Shown here: positions 11,918 to 22,812 of the stretch, piece by piece
How the letters are laid out: the number at the start of each line of letters is the position of its first letter
Numbering within the stretch: the stretch's first letter is position 1
Origin: Octopus vulgaris
Lineage: Eukaryota
Assembly: GCA_951406725.2 (NCBI GenBank)
Contig: OX597814.1
Location: 160,704,001 to 160,768,000 of the forward strand
Reading direction: 5' to 3'
Length of the DNA: 64,000 nucleotides
Made by a program: the position numbers and the translations under genes
Notes under the pieces: generated by a model
Databases searched by the model: none
Told to the model about the DNA's origin: nothing
What the model saw: only the letters and a program-made list of their open reading frames with translations

Positions 11918-13541
11918 CTAGCAGAAATACTCAGCATTGCTTGGGATTAAAATGGCATAGTTTGCATGTATGTATATATATATGTATTACACTTATGTTG
12001 ATATGGGAAAATGCAGTATTGACAGCAAAACATTTGTGGAATAAATGATGAGCTAAGTCGTCTAAGAGACATGCCATGCATCTGTTTGGAGCATTTCAGG
12101 CCCTAACCTTTCATGGAAAATTGGGGGTGGCAGGTATGTGATTTTTGAACACACTGAAAAGCTGTCAGTGGATATAATCTCCTTTGCAGCAGTTGGTGCT
12201 GCGTCTAAAATGACCCATCGTTTGAAGTTTTGGCTCCTCCTTTGGGTTTGTTGTCCTACATCACTTAAAGTAAATTTGGAGTAACTGTGGTTGTCCATTT
12301 GTGGGTAACAGGGAACCAATGAGGTGACAGACTTGCTTTAAACTTTGAATGGTAGCGTAAATCCATGTTCAACCATATCTTTAGATGCACCAAATGATGT
12401 CATTTGAAATGCAGAATTGTATTGTCTGATATTGTTAAAAAAATCCTTTGACTGGATGGAAGCACCTTCCAGAAGATCCATAAGCTGATAGTGCTGGCAA
12501 TGCCATTAGTTTCATTTGGAAATTTTAAAGCTTTGCAGAAATGACAATTTGAGTTTAGCACACCAATTTGGACAAAATTATTGTTTTTATAAGAATGGGA
12601 TGGAAAGCAGCTCCAAGAGTTGTGAAGAACGAATTTGTATGTAGTCTCTTTCTGAGAGCTATTCTAATCATTAAAACATTTTATTGATCTAGCATAAAGT
12701 GCTGAAGCATGCATTCACTGATCTTGGGAAAGTCTCCTCTCCCTTCTCTCTTGAGACTCCATCTGACATGCTGCAGCATGCCTTTGCTAATCTTGAGAAA
12801 GTCTCATCTCACTTCATTCTTAAGACACCTTTTCATGTGCTGGAACATGCATTTGCTGATTTTGAAAAAGTCTCATCTCCCTTCTCTCCAGACTCCATTT
12901 GATGTGCTGCAGCATGTATTTGCTGATCTTAGGAAAGCCTCATCTCCCTTCCCTCTTGAGACTCTCACCTTCGGTTTTCTACAATTTTCCTTGCCTTATA
13001 CTTGTTTCTGGAGAGATTACGTCTTTTCTTTGGTGGCATATTTTCTCAATATTGTAAACAAAAATTTTGAACATAGAAAAAATTATACATTGATCTCTAT
13101 ATTTGTGGGCAGTTGTATGTATGTAGCATGTCTTTACTTTTGTACACAGTATAAAGTAACGAAATATAAGCAAATTAACCAAATAGAAGCGCATGTATGA
13201 ACTGCTAATTTAATGGTAAATGCTACAAGAATATCTTAGTGTTATCATGTTAGAATAAAAAGTGAAAGAATAAAAGTGAAACAATATTATAGCCTTATTA
13301 CATTAGAATTAAAAGTGAAACAATATTATATCACCTTACAATATAGATGTTATTCTTTCACGTTTGACATGTAATACCAAACCAGTGTCAATGTTGTATT
13401 GTTTTAATCCAAATGAAAAAAAACAATTACATATTGACACTCATGGTCTGATAATATTACCTTGTAAAATTTGATTTGATTTAGGCCAGCTGTATGAGAA
13501 GGTATAGAGAACAGACAGAGAAAGAATTTTATATATAAAGA
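11918..13541 (-). mobile_element. Complete non-autonomous Helitron with a decayed Rep/Hel N-terminal coding remnant
   Basis: On the minus strand the 5' end is A|TCTTTATATATAAAA (13541) and the 3' end is a decayed hairpin CCCAAGCAATGCTGAG followed by ..CTGCTAG|T (11918), i.e. insertion between A and T. The internal pseudo-ORF from ATG 13039 reads MPPKKRRNLSR... CHFCKALKFPNE... FFNNIRQYNSAFQMTSFGA... FKVLKQVCHLIGSLLP... QLLQIYF, typical of the Helitron N-terminal region. Confidence 0.9.
12695..12965 (-). repeat. About 4 copies of a 69-bp unit inside the Helitron, encoding a 23-aa STPR-like repeat (consensus ~ESQERREMRLSQDQQxHAAAxQM)
   Basis: 69-bp periodicity (one unit 67 bp). Minus-strand translations include ESQEGREMRLS*DQQIHAAAHQM and ESQERRERRLSQDQ*MHASALYA. 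Confidence 0.8.
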
Positions 13542-14491
13542 TATACCATAATTGTGACATTTCTATGCATTTATGAACTCATATGAGTCGCTCAAAGGAA
13601 ACACTCAGCTGGAATAGTTTTGGTCTTAGATCTAAACAATTAGAGCCAGTCTAGGACTCAACAACAATATGTTATAATAATAATAATAATGACCTAATTG
13701 TATATACTCACTCAAGTGTACTACAACTCATTAAAAAAAGAGTAAAAGAAAAGTGGGGGTGGACAAAAAGTACCAATGAATCAAGTAAAGAAATACACCA
13801 ATAAAAGCCAAAAGTGTGTGCACAATATACGGAATAAAACATAAAAAGACAAGAAAGTAAAAAGTAAAAGAGCCTTAAAAGATGTAAAACAATTTCAAAA
13901 TTGATAAAATAGCAAACTCCTGGCTCCTTCACCATGAATTTGTACTCCTAGGGTACAGGACACCCCATAAAAAAAAAAATTGTATTTCTATAATAAGCAA
14001 TGTGTTTCAGAGCATAATTCAGTTAGAACAATCCTTATTTCATAATAGTCTATGTTTCTGATCGCTTCACTGATAGCTTTAGTGAAGTGTATTCTTCCAG
14101 GCTTATGAGCATATTTAAATTATGTTATTTAGTTATACAGAAGGTTTAAAGTATAATTGCCCTAAGTTAGAGCAACTGGCAAACCAAGCCTCCAGATTGT
14201 GTAGCTTTCTTAACATAGCTGAAAGAACTAATAACTTAAATGGAGAAATTACTTAATTGGGAGGGGGGGTAATTTAGCAATAACACAATAGTCATCAGAC
14301 AACATTTTTACTTCTACATTTTCCATAAATGCATACTTTGTACTTAACATTTTATTTATTTATATATATAACAGTGAAATCTGTTATATATATATAAAAC
14401 AGATTTCACTTAGGCATAGCGATACTAATAGCCCAATGTTAGAACTCAATATAAACATGCGTCAGAATAAAATAGAGAGCATAATATGGAA

Positions 14492-14826
14492 TTAAATAAA
14501 TGACAGAGGAACAGAATTAAATGATCAACTTTCCTTGCTTACAGCTCATTCTGCTATAAGAAGCAGTGTCCTCACAGCTGAGTGCTTCAGCATCACCTTA
14601 TAGCTTCTTCAGAGCTTCTAAATTGCAATGCAAGTTTATTTGAGAAAGCATTTACAGAGTGTGTCAATGCTTTCCCAAATAGGCTTGCATTTCATTTTAG
14701 GAGCTCTGAGGAAGCCATAAGGTAATGCACAATCATTCAAATCTGAATACACTACATCTCATAGCAGAGACAGCTGTATGCTAATGAAGTTAATCACGTA
14801 ATTCTGTTCCCATGTCATTTATTTAA
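14492..14826. repeat. Long imperfect inverted repeat (fold-back) with ~160-bp arms and a ~13-nt loop
   Basis: Outer ends ttaaataaatgaca / tgtcatttatttaa; the inner 63 bp pair with about 9 mismatches around loop 14653-14665. Confidence 0.9.
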
Positions 14827-15476
14827 CTATATATGATTTTTCTTCGAGTTTTAAGTTCTTCATGAGAAAGTCCAAGATAGTCACTAACAAAGTGACAAGA
14901 CTTTTGAGTAAGAGTTCCTGGTGTTTGTAAATATGTGGTTGGGTTGGTGTGTTGATCGAACTGTTGATGCATACACCCAAGTGCGTGCATCTATTCACAT
15001 AATCTCAGATGAAGAATTTGGGGAATGTCTTACAAATCTTCACTGTGCCACTAATAGATTGGATTTGAAGAATCCATGTCAGTTTCTTTTTGCTTTCTCT
15101 GTGAAACCAAGTGTTTCTAAGTTTTTGTGCAAATTTGTTGGTACAGAATGTAATGCACCCTATAATGTATATATGGAAGTATATAGAGGGAAGAGTGGGG
15201 TAATTGTGTGATGTAGTTGCAGGGAGTTTATTATTGTGGTGGGGATTTGGGGATTTAGTGTAGTAGTCAAAGTTAATGTACCAAAAAAAGGCTCAATAAT
15301 TTACTTTCAGATATCATTAAAATGGTCTTTTATATGCAAGTTCTATTTATATATTTCAACTCACATTGGATTTTAGTCCATGTCAGAAGATGGTATTAAA
15401 GAAAAAAAAAACTCATGTAGCACATCTCCACCTTTTTAATGAAGCAAAATTCTTTTTTTTAAATGGTTCAACTTAC

Positions 15477-15590
15477 GGCAAAATCCTCTGGTAGTACACG
15501 TAATACATCAAATACAACTGCATCATAACTTTTCATCCGGGTAAGACTAGATCGTTTCTCCAATGACTCTTGACTGCCATGACTAACACC
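15477..15590 (-). CDS. RALGPS: RalGPS coding exon (114 nt, phase 0/0): GVSHGSQESLEKRSSLTRMKSYDAVVFDVLRVLPEDFA
   Basis: Poly-T tag acceptor and gtaagt donor; contains the RalGPS signature KSYDAVVFDVL(K/R)VxPE(E/D)FA. Confidence 0.95.
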
Positions 15591-16671
15591 CTAAAAAAAA
15601 AAATACAAATTAAAAAGGTCATAAATAACAATACGTTATTGGCAAAAGGAACAATGAAACTACTCTGAGGGAGCAAGAACTGAGAGTGAGGGAGGAGATG
15701 CAGGCATAGAATGGTATCAATAACCTTACAAACTATTAAACATTAATATATCCAACAGATACAAGTAATTATGCTGATGATGATTATCACCATCATCATA
15801 TTAGCTCCCCATGCTGTCATGGGTTGGATGAGTCATCTCTGTTTTTCTTTCTAGAAGAGTGAAAAAAGCACATCTCACTTGTAAGTTCCATTTTAAAGGC
15901 TTGGCTTCTACATTTAGATACCCTTTCCTAACACCAACCACTCTACAGAGTGTACAGGATGCATTTTATCATGACACCAGCACTAGAGAGGCTATCATGC
16001 AGTGTCTGATAACAATAAAGGGTACTCTTGACCCCATACTTCATAGAGTGTACTGAGAACATTACATCATGGCACTAGCAATGGAGAGGATTGCCATGAC
16101 TTTGCCAAGACTAAAGAGTCTACACAACCCTCATGTTTCTAATTACTCATCAAACAACAGACACAAAATTAGAAAGAACTAACTTCTGTACTGATTCCAG
16201 TTGATTAAACAAAAGGTCAACATTTGTAAGAGAAGTATACAGTGAACTGAATTAATTTTAGTATATTTTTGGTGCTATCAAGTCTGGAGGAATGAAAAGT
16301 AAAGTGGACCCAAGTTAAAATTGGAAGCAAATTTGTCTTGACACCAGAGTTTTTCAGTATTAAGGATTTAATGATAGTCAAAAACAATGAAAAATTTGTC
16401 ACAAGCAACATTAGAACTAAATACATCTCCATCAAGTCATTGATGGAACCCCTATCTGATCACTGATTAAAATAGCAGCAAAATTTTCAAGAAATCAAAC
16501 CTTACCATCTTTAAATATGGGGAAAAGGGTATATTTGATAAAGTAGTCTTGAATACATTGTGCCAAAAAAAATGAGATGGTCATGGCTAGAATGGTTTAA
16601 TCATAAGTCTACGTGATTATAGTTAACCCATGGATAACAATATTGTGCCTTTAAGCTGATGAAATATAAAT

Positions 16672-16867
16672 TTAACCCTTTAGCATTTATACTAGCCATA
16701 TCTGGTCCAAAACTGGACAGATCTGGAAAGCCATACCTACCCTACAAGATCATTCTAAGAGTAAGCAATCATATCATGAAAATCTGAAAGATAACTGAAT
16801 TAATTCAAAACAATGTAAATAAATAAACATTACATTTGACTGATTAATATGACTACTAAAGGGTTAA
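16672..16867 (+). mobile_element. piggyBac-type MITE family B (internally deleted copy)
   Basis: TTAA|CCCTTTAGCATT ... ACTAAAGGG|TTAA; homologous to copies at 18827, 22320, 53209, 57273 and 61020. Confidence 0.85.
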
Positions 16868-17159
16868 AATAGTCCAATGGAATAGCAAATGAATGAGTAC
16901 CCTTTTAGCTGACAGTTGAGAAACGAATTGATGATCCAAGTTTTTAAGTCGCTAAACAAACCTGGAACCTTTTGTTCAAATAAAAAAAACATGTACAATA
17001 GATAGCAAAAGTTTGTCATTAACAATATACTTTCAAATTTCAACTGAATATTCTCATTAATATTGTTGAAAACCAAGCAATAGTAATTTACATTCTGGTA
17101 AACATTCAATACTTTTATATATACATATATATATAAGCCAAGTGAGACCATATCCATGG

Positions 17160-17537
17160 CTTATGCCAGTGTAGCATAACCAGCCCATTTAAGAGTACCC
17201 TTCAATCATTGGGAAATAAACTGTGCTCACAAAGACCTGTTGAGGCAAGTGAAATCATTGTCGTGCCCAATGACTACCGCCTGATTGGCACCTGTGCCAG
17301 TGACATGTAAAAAGCACCTTTTGAGCGTGGTCAATGCCAGTACCACCTGACTGGCCCACATGCCAGTGGCACGTAAAAAGCACCCACTACACTCTTGGAG
17401 TGGTTGGCATTTGGAAGGGCATCCAGCTGTAGAAACTCTGCTAGATCAGATTGGAGCCTGGTGCAGCCTTCTGGCTCGCCAGCCCCCAGTCAAACTGCCC
17501 AATCCATGCCAGCATGGAAAGCAGACATTAACTGATG

Positions 17538-17540
<3 letters not shown>
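17160..17540 (+). mobile_element. Retroposon/SINE of the ggttggcrttaggaagggcatccagc family
   Basis: Internal gtgccagtggcacgtaaaaagcacc repeats and the conserved 3' core and tail; many copies in the window. Confidence 0.8.
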
Positions 17541-17579
<39 letters not shown>

Positions 17580-18058
17580 ACGAATTTGGGTCTTTTTCAT
17601 TTTACAATAATCTGGACAAGCAAAATTACATAACATCACTAGACTTCATCTTATTTGCCCTCATTTCCCAAACTGATTATCAAATTGTCATATCAGGGAG
17701 ACCACTTCCTACATAATGTCAACTTATAATGTATGCCGATTTTATCAAGAGAAATAAAGACATTAACATCAATTATAGCCTCAAGTACTCTACGTTGTAA
17801 AGTTTTATAATCAGACAAGTACACAAGCCCAGTACATAATTCAATCAATCCTAAATAAATACACAAATACTTAATTCCAAGCATATTTTCCTCAACACTT
17901 GATATTAGGCTATGCTTGACAAATTAAGCATCTTATTACAATAGTATAATGTATAATCTCGTTAGATCTAACCCCAAATGGTATGCAAGATAATCCAATC
18001 AGTAATCAAATAATTAAGTAAAATTCACCCTTAAAAAGTTTCTCTCTCACACACACAC

Positions 18059-18105
<47 letters not shown>

Positions 18106-18826
18106 TGAAGTAGATTTTTTTATGTCATAAAGGAATGTATACAATACATAGAACAGAGAGTTAATTTATATATTACTACAATTACATAAGCAAATCAGAC
18201 CATCTTTATTGTCAAGTTCAAACTAGCTGGATATACAACTATTGTCAATTGAATCACACACAGTCTGGACAAATGATACTGCTTCACACAATCAAAATTT
18301 ATGGGGGTGTATTTCAAGGTAGCACCAGTACTAGGGATGTTCTCTTGTCCTCTGATAAGACTAAAGAATTGTCTCAACTATGCTGTCTCTATTCATTCAA
18401 GACAACATGACACAGACAATGTAGTGGGGAAACAAGAATGTAGGAGGTGACAGTGAACAATTATGATGAGGGGAGTAGAGTGATAAAGACAAAGTGAAGA
18501 TAGAATATGCAGTAACAGCAGGGAAGCAGTGATAATATTTATATGCAAGAAAGGAGTACATAAAAATTCCATACAGTGTACTCAGTTTAAGTTGTGAAAC
18601 ACAAATAAGGTATAATGGAACTACAGGAAAGCTCACAAAGATAGATTTTGCACATTGCAGATATGCAGGAGAAGTCGCCAGTAAATATATATATATATGG
18701 AACAAACTCTTTCAAATGCCTGTAAAATTCCCTAAAAGTAGCTGAGAGCTTCTGTTACCCAAGTGCTTATTAAGTAGTGGAAGTTCCAAAATGAGCAACT
18801 AGAGTTAAAAGTAGAGTGGAAAAAGT

Positions 18827-19140
18827 TTAACCTTTCAGCATTTAAACCAGCAATATCCAGCCCAAATATTCTGTTTTATAACTTTGATAGGTTTCAGCCA
18901 GTATAGGCCCAGGCCATGTCAAACTAAATAGCACCACCTGGTGAAGTCTTTTAGTCATGTATGTTTTATGTTCAGATTGGCCAGATCATGCCTCTCGCAC
19001 CTCCCTCACAATGTCATTCTAAAACTAATCAATCACATCACTGAAATCTCAAAGCTACAAGATAATGCATGAAAAATATAAAAGAATATGAATAAATAAG
19101 CATTACATGTCAAAGAGTAATCTGAATGCTAAAGGGATAA
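18827..19140 (+). mobile_element. piggyBac-type MITE family B
   Basis: ttaacctttcagcatttaaacc ... gaatgctaaagggataa, with the shared internal sequence. Confidence 0.85.
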
Positions 19141-19164
19141 GGAGCTATTATCTTTGCTAATAAT

Positions 19165-19540
19165 AAAATGAAGGGCAAACTTATAATGCTTATGTGCAAG
19201 TTGTGGTGCTGCATGGTATTAAAACATGGGCATTGGATGCAGAGGATGATGTGCAAAGGCTGGACAGAAACGAGGGGAGTATGCTCACCTGGATGTGGGA
19301 TGTTAATGTGCATAAACTTTGGAGCACAAATGAATAGAGAGAAAAGCTGGATTATAAGAGGAATCAGAAGTTGAGTGCAAGGGGCTTGGTACAGACACGG
19401 GAAACACATGGTGTATGTCTGTTGTATAAAAGAAATTGCCAAGAGTTTGAAGTGGAAGGAATCCACAGAAAAGGGGAAACTTCAGGAGACATGGAACAAA
19501 ATCAGGAAGAACAATCTAAAGAAATAGAGTTTAATAAAGA
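19165..19540 (+). mobile_element. Decayed RTE-clade LINE, 3' part of ORF
   Basis: Frameshifted translation KGKLYNAYVQVVVLHGIKTWALDAEDDVQRLDRNEGSMLTWM...EVEGIHRKG resembles the RTE C-terminal motif LHGSETW..RLERNE..MLRWM..VEG..GRGRP. Confidence 0.75.
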
Positions 19541-19668
19541 GGCCTATATGCACCTACATCTAAAATATTTTTTCAAAGTTTAATCAACAAAGCCAAGACT
19601 GTGTTATATACTACTTCACTTCCAAAACGGATTTTAATAAAATTATCCAGAAATATCGAAAAACTTAC

Positions 19669-19798
19669 ATCTGCAAATGAAGATTGAGGTGTATTATAGT
19701 CTCCACTGCTGTCACTCTCCAAAGTTTTAGTGAAGCTCTTACTGCTATCCTCCGGGGTCAGGATTCGGTGAGGTATGTTCATTTTCTTACCTTCCCAC
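19669..19798 (-). CDS. RALGPS: Probable RalGPS N-terminal exon (130 nt): (R)WEGKKMNIPHRILTPEDSSKSFTKTLESDSSGDYNTPQSSFAD; candidate start ATG at 19782-19780
   Basis: Strong acceptor tttttctttcag and donor GAT|gtaagt. Open Ser-rich frame ending in phase 0, in frame with the next exon. The ATG has A at -3. Confidence 0.8.
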
Positions 19799-20799
19799 CT
19801 GAAAGAAAAACAAACAAATCATTAAATTACATAAAAAAAGAACAATGATTTCTTACATTGGTACAGGTTTATAAATGTTTCTAGATTGAATTGGTAATAG
19901 TACTTATTCAATTTTATCAAGTCTAACTATATAAAAAGCATGGTCAACCCAGATGAAATTTGAACTTAGACAACAAAAGGATGAACTCAGCATTAGGTTT
20001 TTTTTCCTCTTTTTTTTACCTTTTATTTTTACAGGCACTTCATCTTTTATTAAAACAACGAGGATTTCTAACTTTGCTATAAAGTAAAACATTTTGTAGA
20101 TGTAGTCAATTGCTAAAATCAACAACACTACTACTTAACTGATACTTATTTTAACCTTGGAAAAATGAAACTAAACTAGAAGCTCAAGATATAAACAGAT
20201 GTAATACTACATGGCATTTTGTCCACTGCTTCATTGATTTAGTATTAATACTTATAATACTGTAACAAATTACTGAACAATTTGAAAATAAGTAAAAAGT
20301 AAAGCAAGCCGGTTAACTGTGAATATCAACAATATTTTTGCATCTGCTTTTTCCATGCTGGGATGAAATGAAGGAGATTTTGTTGAGGCAGTATCCTAAG
20401 CCAGATGCCCTTCCTGATGTTAACAATGACTGGTTTCCATTAAGGTACTTATTATCTTGGTCTTTCATATGAAGAACAAAACAGGTTTTTCCACATGGAT
20501 ACAGCCTAAACAGGGATATATTTTATGCATTAAATAGATCAACTATGTCAAAATACAAACGGGAAGATACAAATGCATGCACTGGAACTCCATAATGCGT
20601 ATAGTACTAGCATATTAATAATACTAACACTAGAGAAACAGATTCTGGTAAATTCAAAGATATATGGATGAACCGGATGAAGCTTGGATGCAAGACATCC
20701 CTGGAAAGAGCAATCTCTTTCCTTATTAAATTTTATATATGTATGTGTGTGTATGTACACACACACTCCTAAATATATATATATATATACATATATATA

Positions 20800-21210
20800 T
20801 GCAGTGGCACATAAAAGGCATCAACTGATTGTGGCTGCTGCCAGCTTCCCCTGGCACCTGTGCCAGTGGCATGTAAAAAACCCCCACTACACTCACGGAG
20901 TGGTTGGTGTTAGGAAGGGCATCCAGCTGTAGAAACACTGCCAGATCAAACAGGAGCCTGGTGCAGCTTCCTGGCTTCCCAGACCCCAGTCAAGCCGTCC
21001 AACTTGTGCTAGCACAGAAAACAGACATTAAATGATGCTGATGATGAGAGAGAGGGAAGGCTTCCATACAGTTTCTGAGAACCAATTTCCCTGACAAGTT
21101 ATGGTTCAGCTTCAGGTTATAATAGAACACATTTGCTTATGGTACCACACAACAGGAATGAACATGAAACCAAGTGGTTGCGAAGCAAACTTCTTAACCA
21201 CACAGCCATG
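20800..21210. mobile_element. Adjacent plus-strand retroposon tail and minus-strand tRNA-SINE head
   Basis: Homology to the families above. Confidence 0.75.
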
Positions 21211-22319
21211 AATGGACAAGCTACCTCTAAATTAAGTATAGAACCAAATTTACTTCCTTGATACTGCTATTGCTTTTGATAAAAGTATGAACATCACTAA
21301 ACCCCTACCTCACCTACTTCTGCTCCTTATAAATATGGCCATTTATAGCATAATATTCTATTAACATACGAAAGTTTTTATAGGATACTCCTGGAAACTA
21401 ACCTTTTAAAATATAGATTTCTGACAGATTTAAGACTTTAAGTTTAGAAAATGAAGGAAATGAGATTATGTAGCATTCATGTTGTTTGCAAGGGAACTAA
21501 AGTGACAGGAATTGGCTATAACTGGAAATATGTCATGTCAAATACTTAGTTCATTAGGAATTCATCTCCACATTGCTCATTAACTGATATTATTGATTTC
21601 TTATATACTCATATGGCCTCAGATAAAAGGAGGAAAAGGATGAAGGAGAATCGTATGACATTCATGCTTTATCCAAAAAAAAAAAAAGCCATGTTAGTGA
21701 AGTAAAACTAGAAATTATAATTAGGTTCTATACTTAATTCACAGACAGCTTGCCCACTCATTCAGTATCTCAAAGATGCAAAACGTGATTTTGATTATAA
21801 AAGAACATTAAATAAAAGAATAAATAACATTAACCTTATTTTTACACCAGGTTATATAAATCAATACCTCTAATATCTACTCTTAGGGAAAAGAAAAAAA
21901 TTTAAAAAACTCAGTTACTTCCAGAAATGTATCAACACAAATTACAGCCCTAAGTGGCTTGCCTTCAACCTTGTCAGAGCAGCAGATACAATTTAAGTAC
22001 TTGTCCAGCTGACAAGTAGTTACACCACATTTTTTTTTCTTTTTTCCACCCCGTCATGCTTGTACTGATTACACTCCATGAAACTATATTGCCAAATCAA
22101 ATTTCCAACATACACTTAACATTATGGGTATCAGATTAAGATGCTGAATACTTGAATCAAGTCTTCACAATTTCAGCAATTTTATTTGGCATCCTGGATC
22201 CAAGCCATGCTAATTGTTCTAATCTACTAACATAATAAAAGAAATACAGAGACTAGTCTGACTTCAGGGAAGCTGATAGATTCTAAGATATTTATTCAAA
22301 GAATGAAAATTTATAAATC

Positions 22320-22812
22320 TACCCGCTTCAGCATTCAGATTACTCTGTCAAAATGTAATGCTTATTTATTCACATTTTTTAAAAATAATTATGCATTAAC
22401 TCATAATAAATAAATAAATGTGCCCTTTTAAAGCCTAGCCAGGCTCATGGGCCCAGTTTCCCGGTTTCTATGGCGCATGTGTTCCCCGGCTGGATGGGAC
22501 GCCAGTCCATCGCAGCGTTACTCATTTTTGCCAGCTGAGTAGACTGGAGCAACATGAAATGAAGTGTTTAGCTCAAGAACACAACGCATTGCCCGATCTA
22601 GGAATCGAAACCACAATCTTATGATCATGATGCTGACACCCTAACCACTAAGCCACACGCCTCCATGCATTAACTCATAGCTTCAAGATTTTGATGATGT
22701 GATTATTTTTAGAATGACATTGTAAGGTAGGTCTGAGAGGCTGATCTGATCAATTTGAAAATAAAACTAATAGAATATTTGGTCAGATACGGCTGGTTTA
22801 AATGCTTAAGGC
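22320..22812 (-). mobile_element. piggyBac-type MITE family B (opposite orientation), interrupted by a SINE
   Basis: Reverse-complement match to 18827-19140. Confidence 0.8.
22406..22664 (-). mobile_element. Young tRNA-derived SINE with a 15-bp TSD
   Basis: TSD ATGCATTAACTCATA at 22391-22405 and 22665-22679; tRNA head at the right end and a (TTTA)n tail. Confidence 0.92.

Noticed and set aside
12699-13200. Plus-strand ORFs with a 23-aa periodicity
   Set aside because: Antisense shadow of the Helitron's minus-strand repeat; the meaningful motifs are on the minus strand.
14840-15260. Possible decayed LINE endonuclease fragment
   Set aside because: Only faint motif resemblance; too degraded to call.
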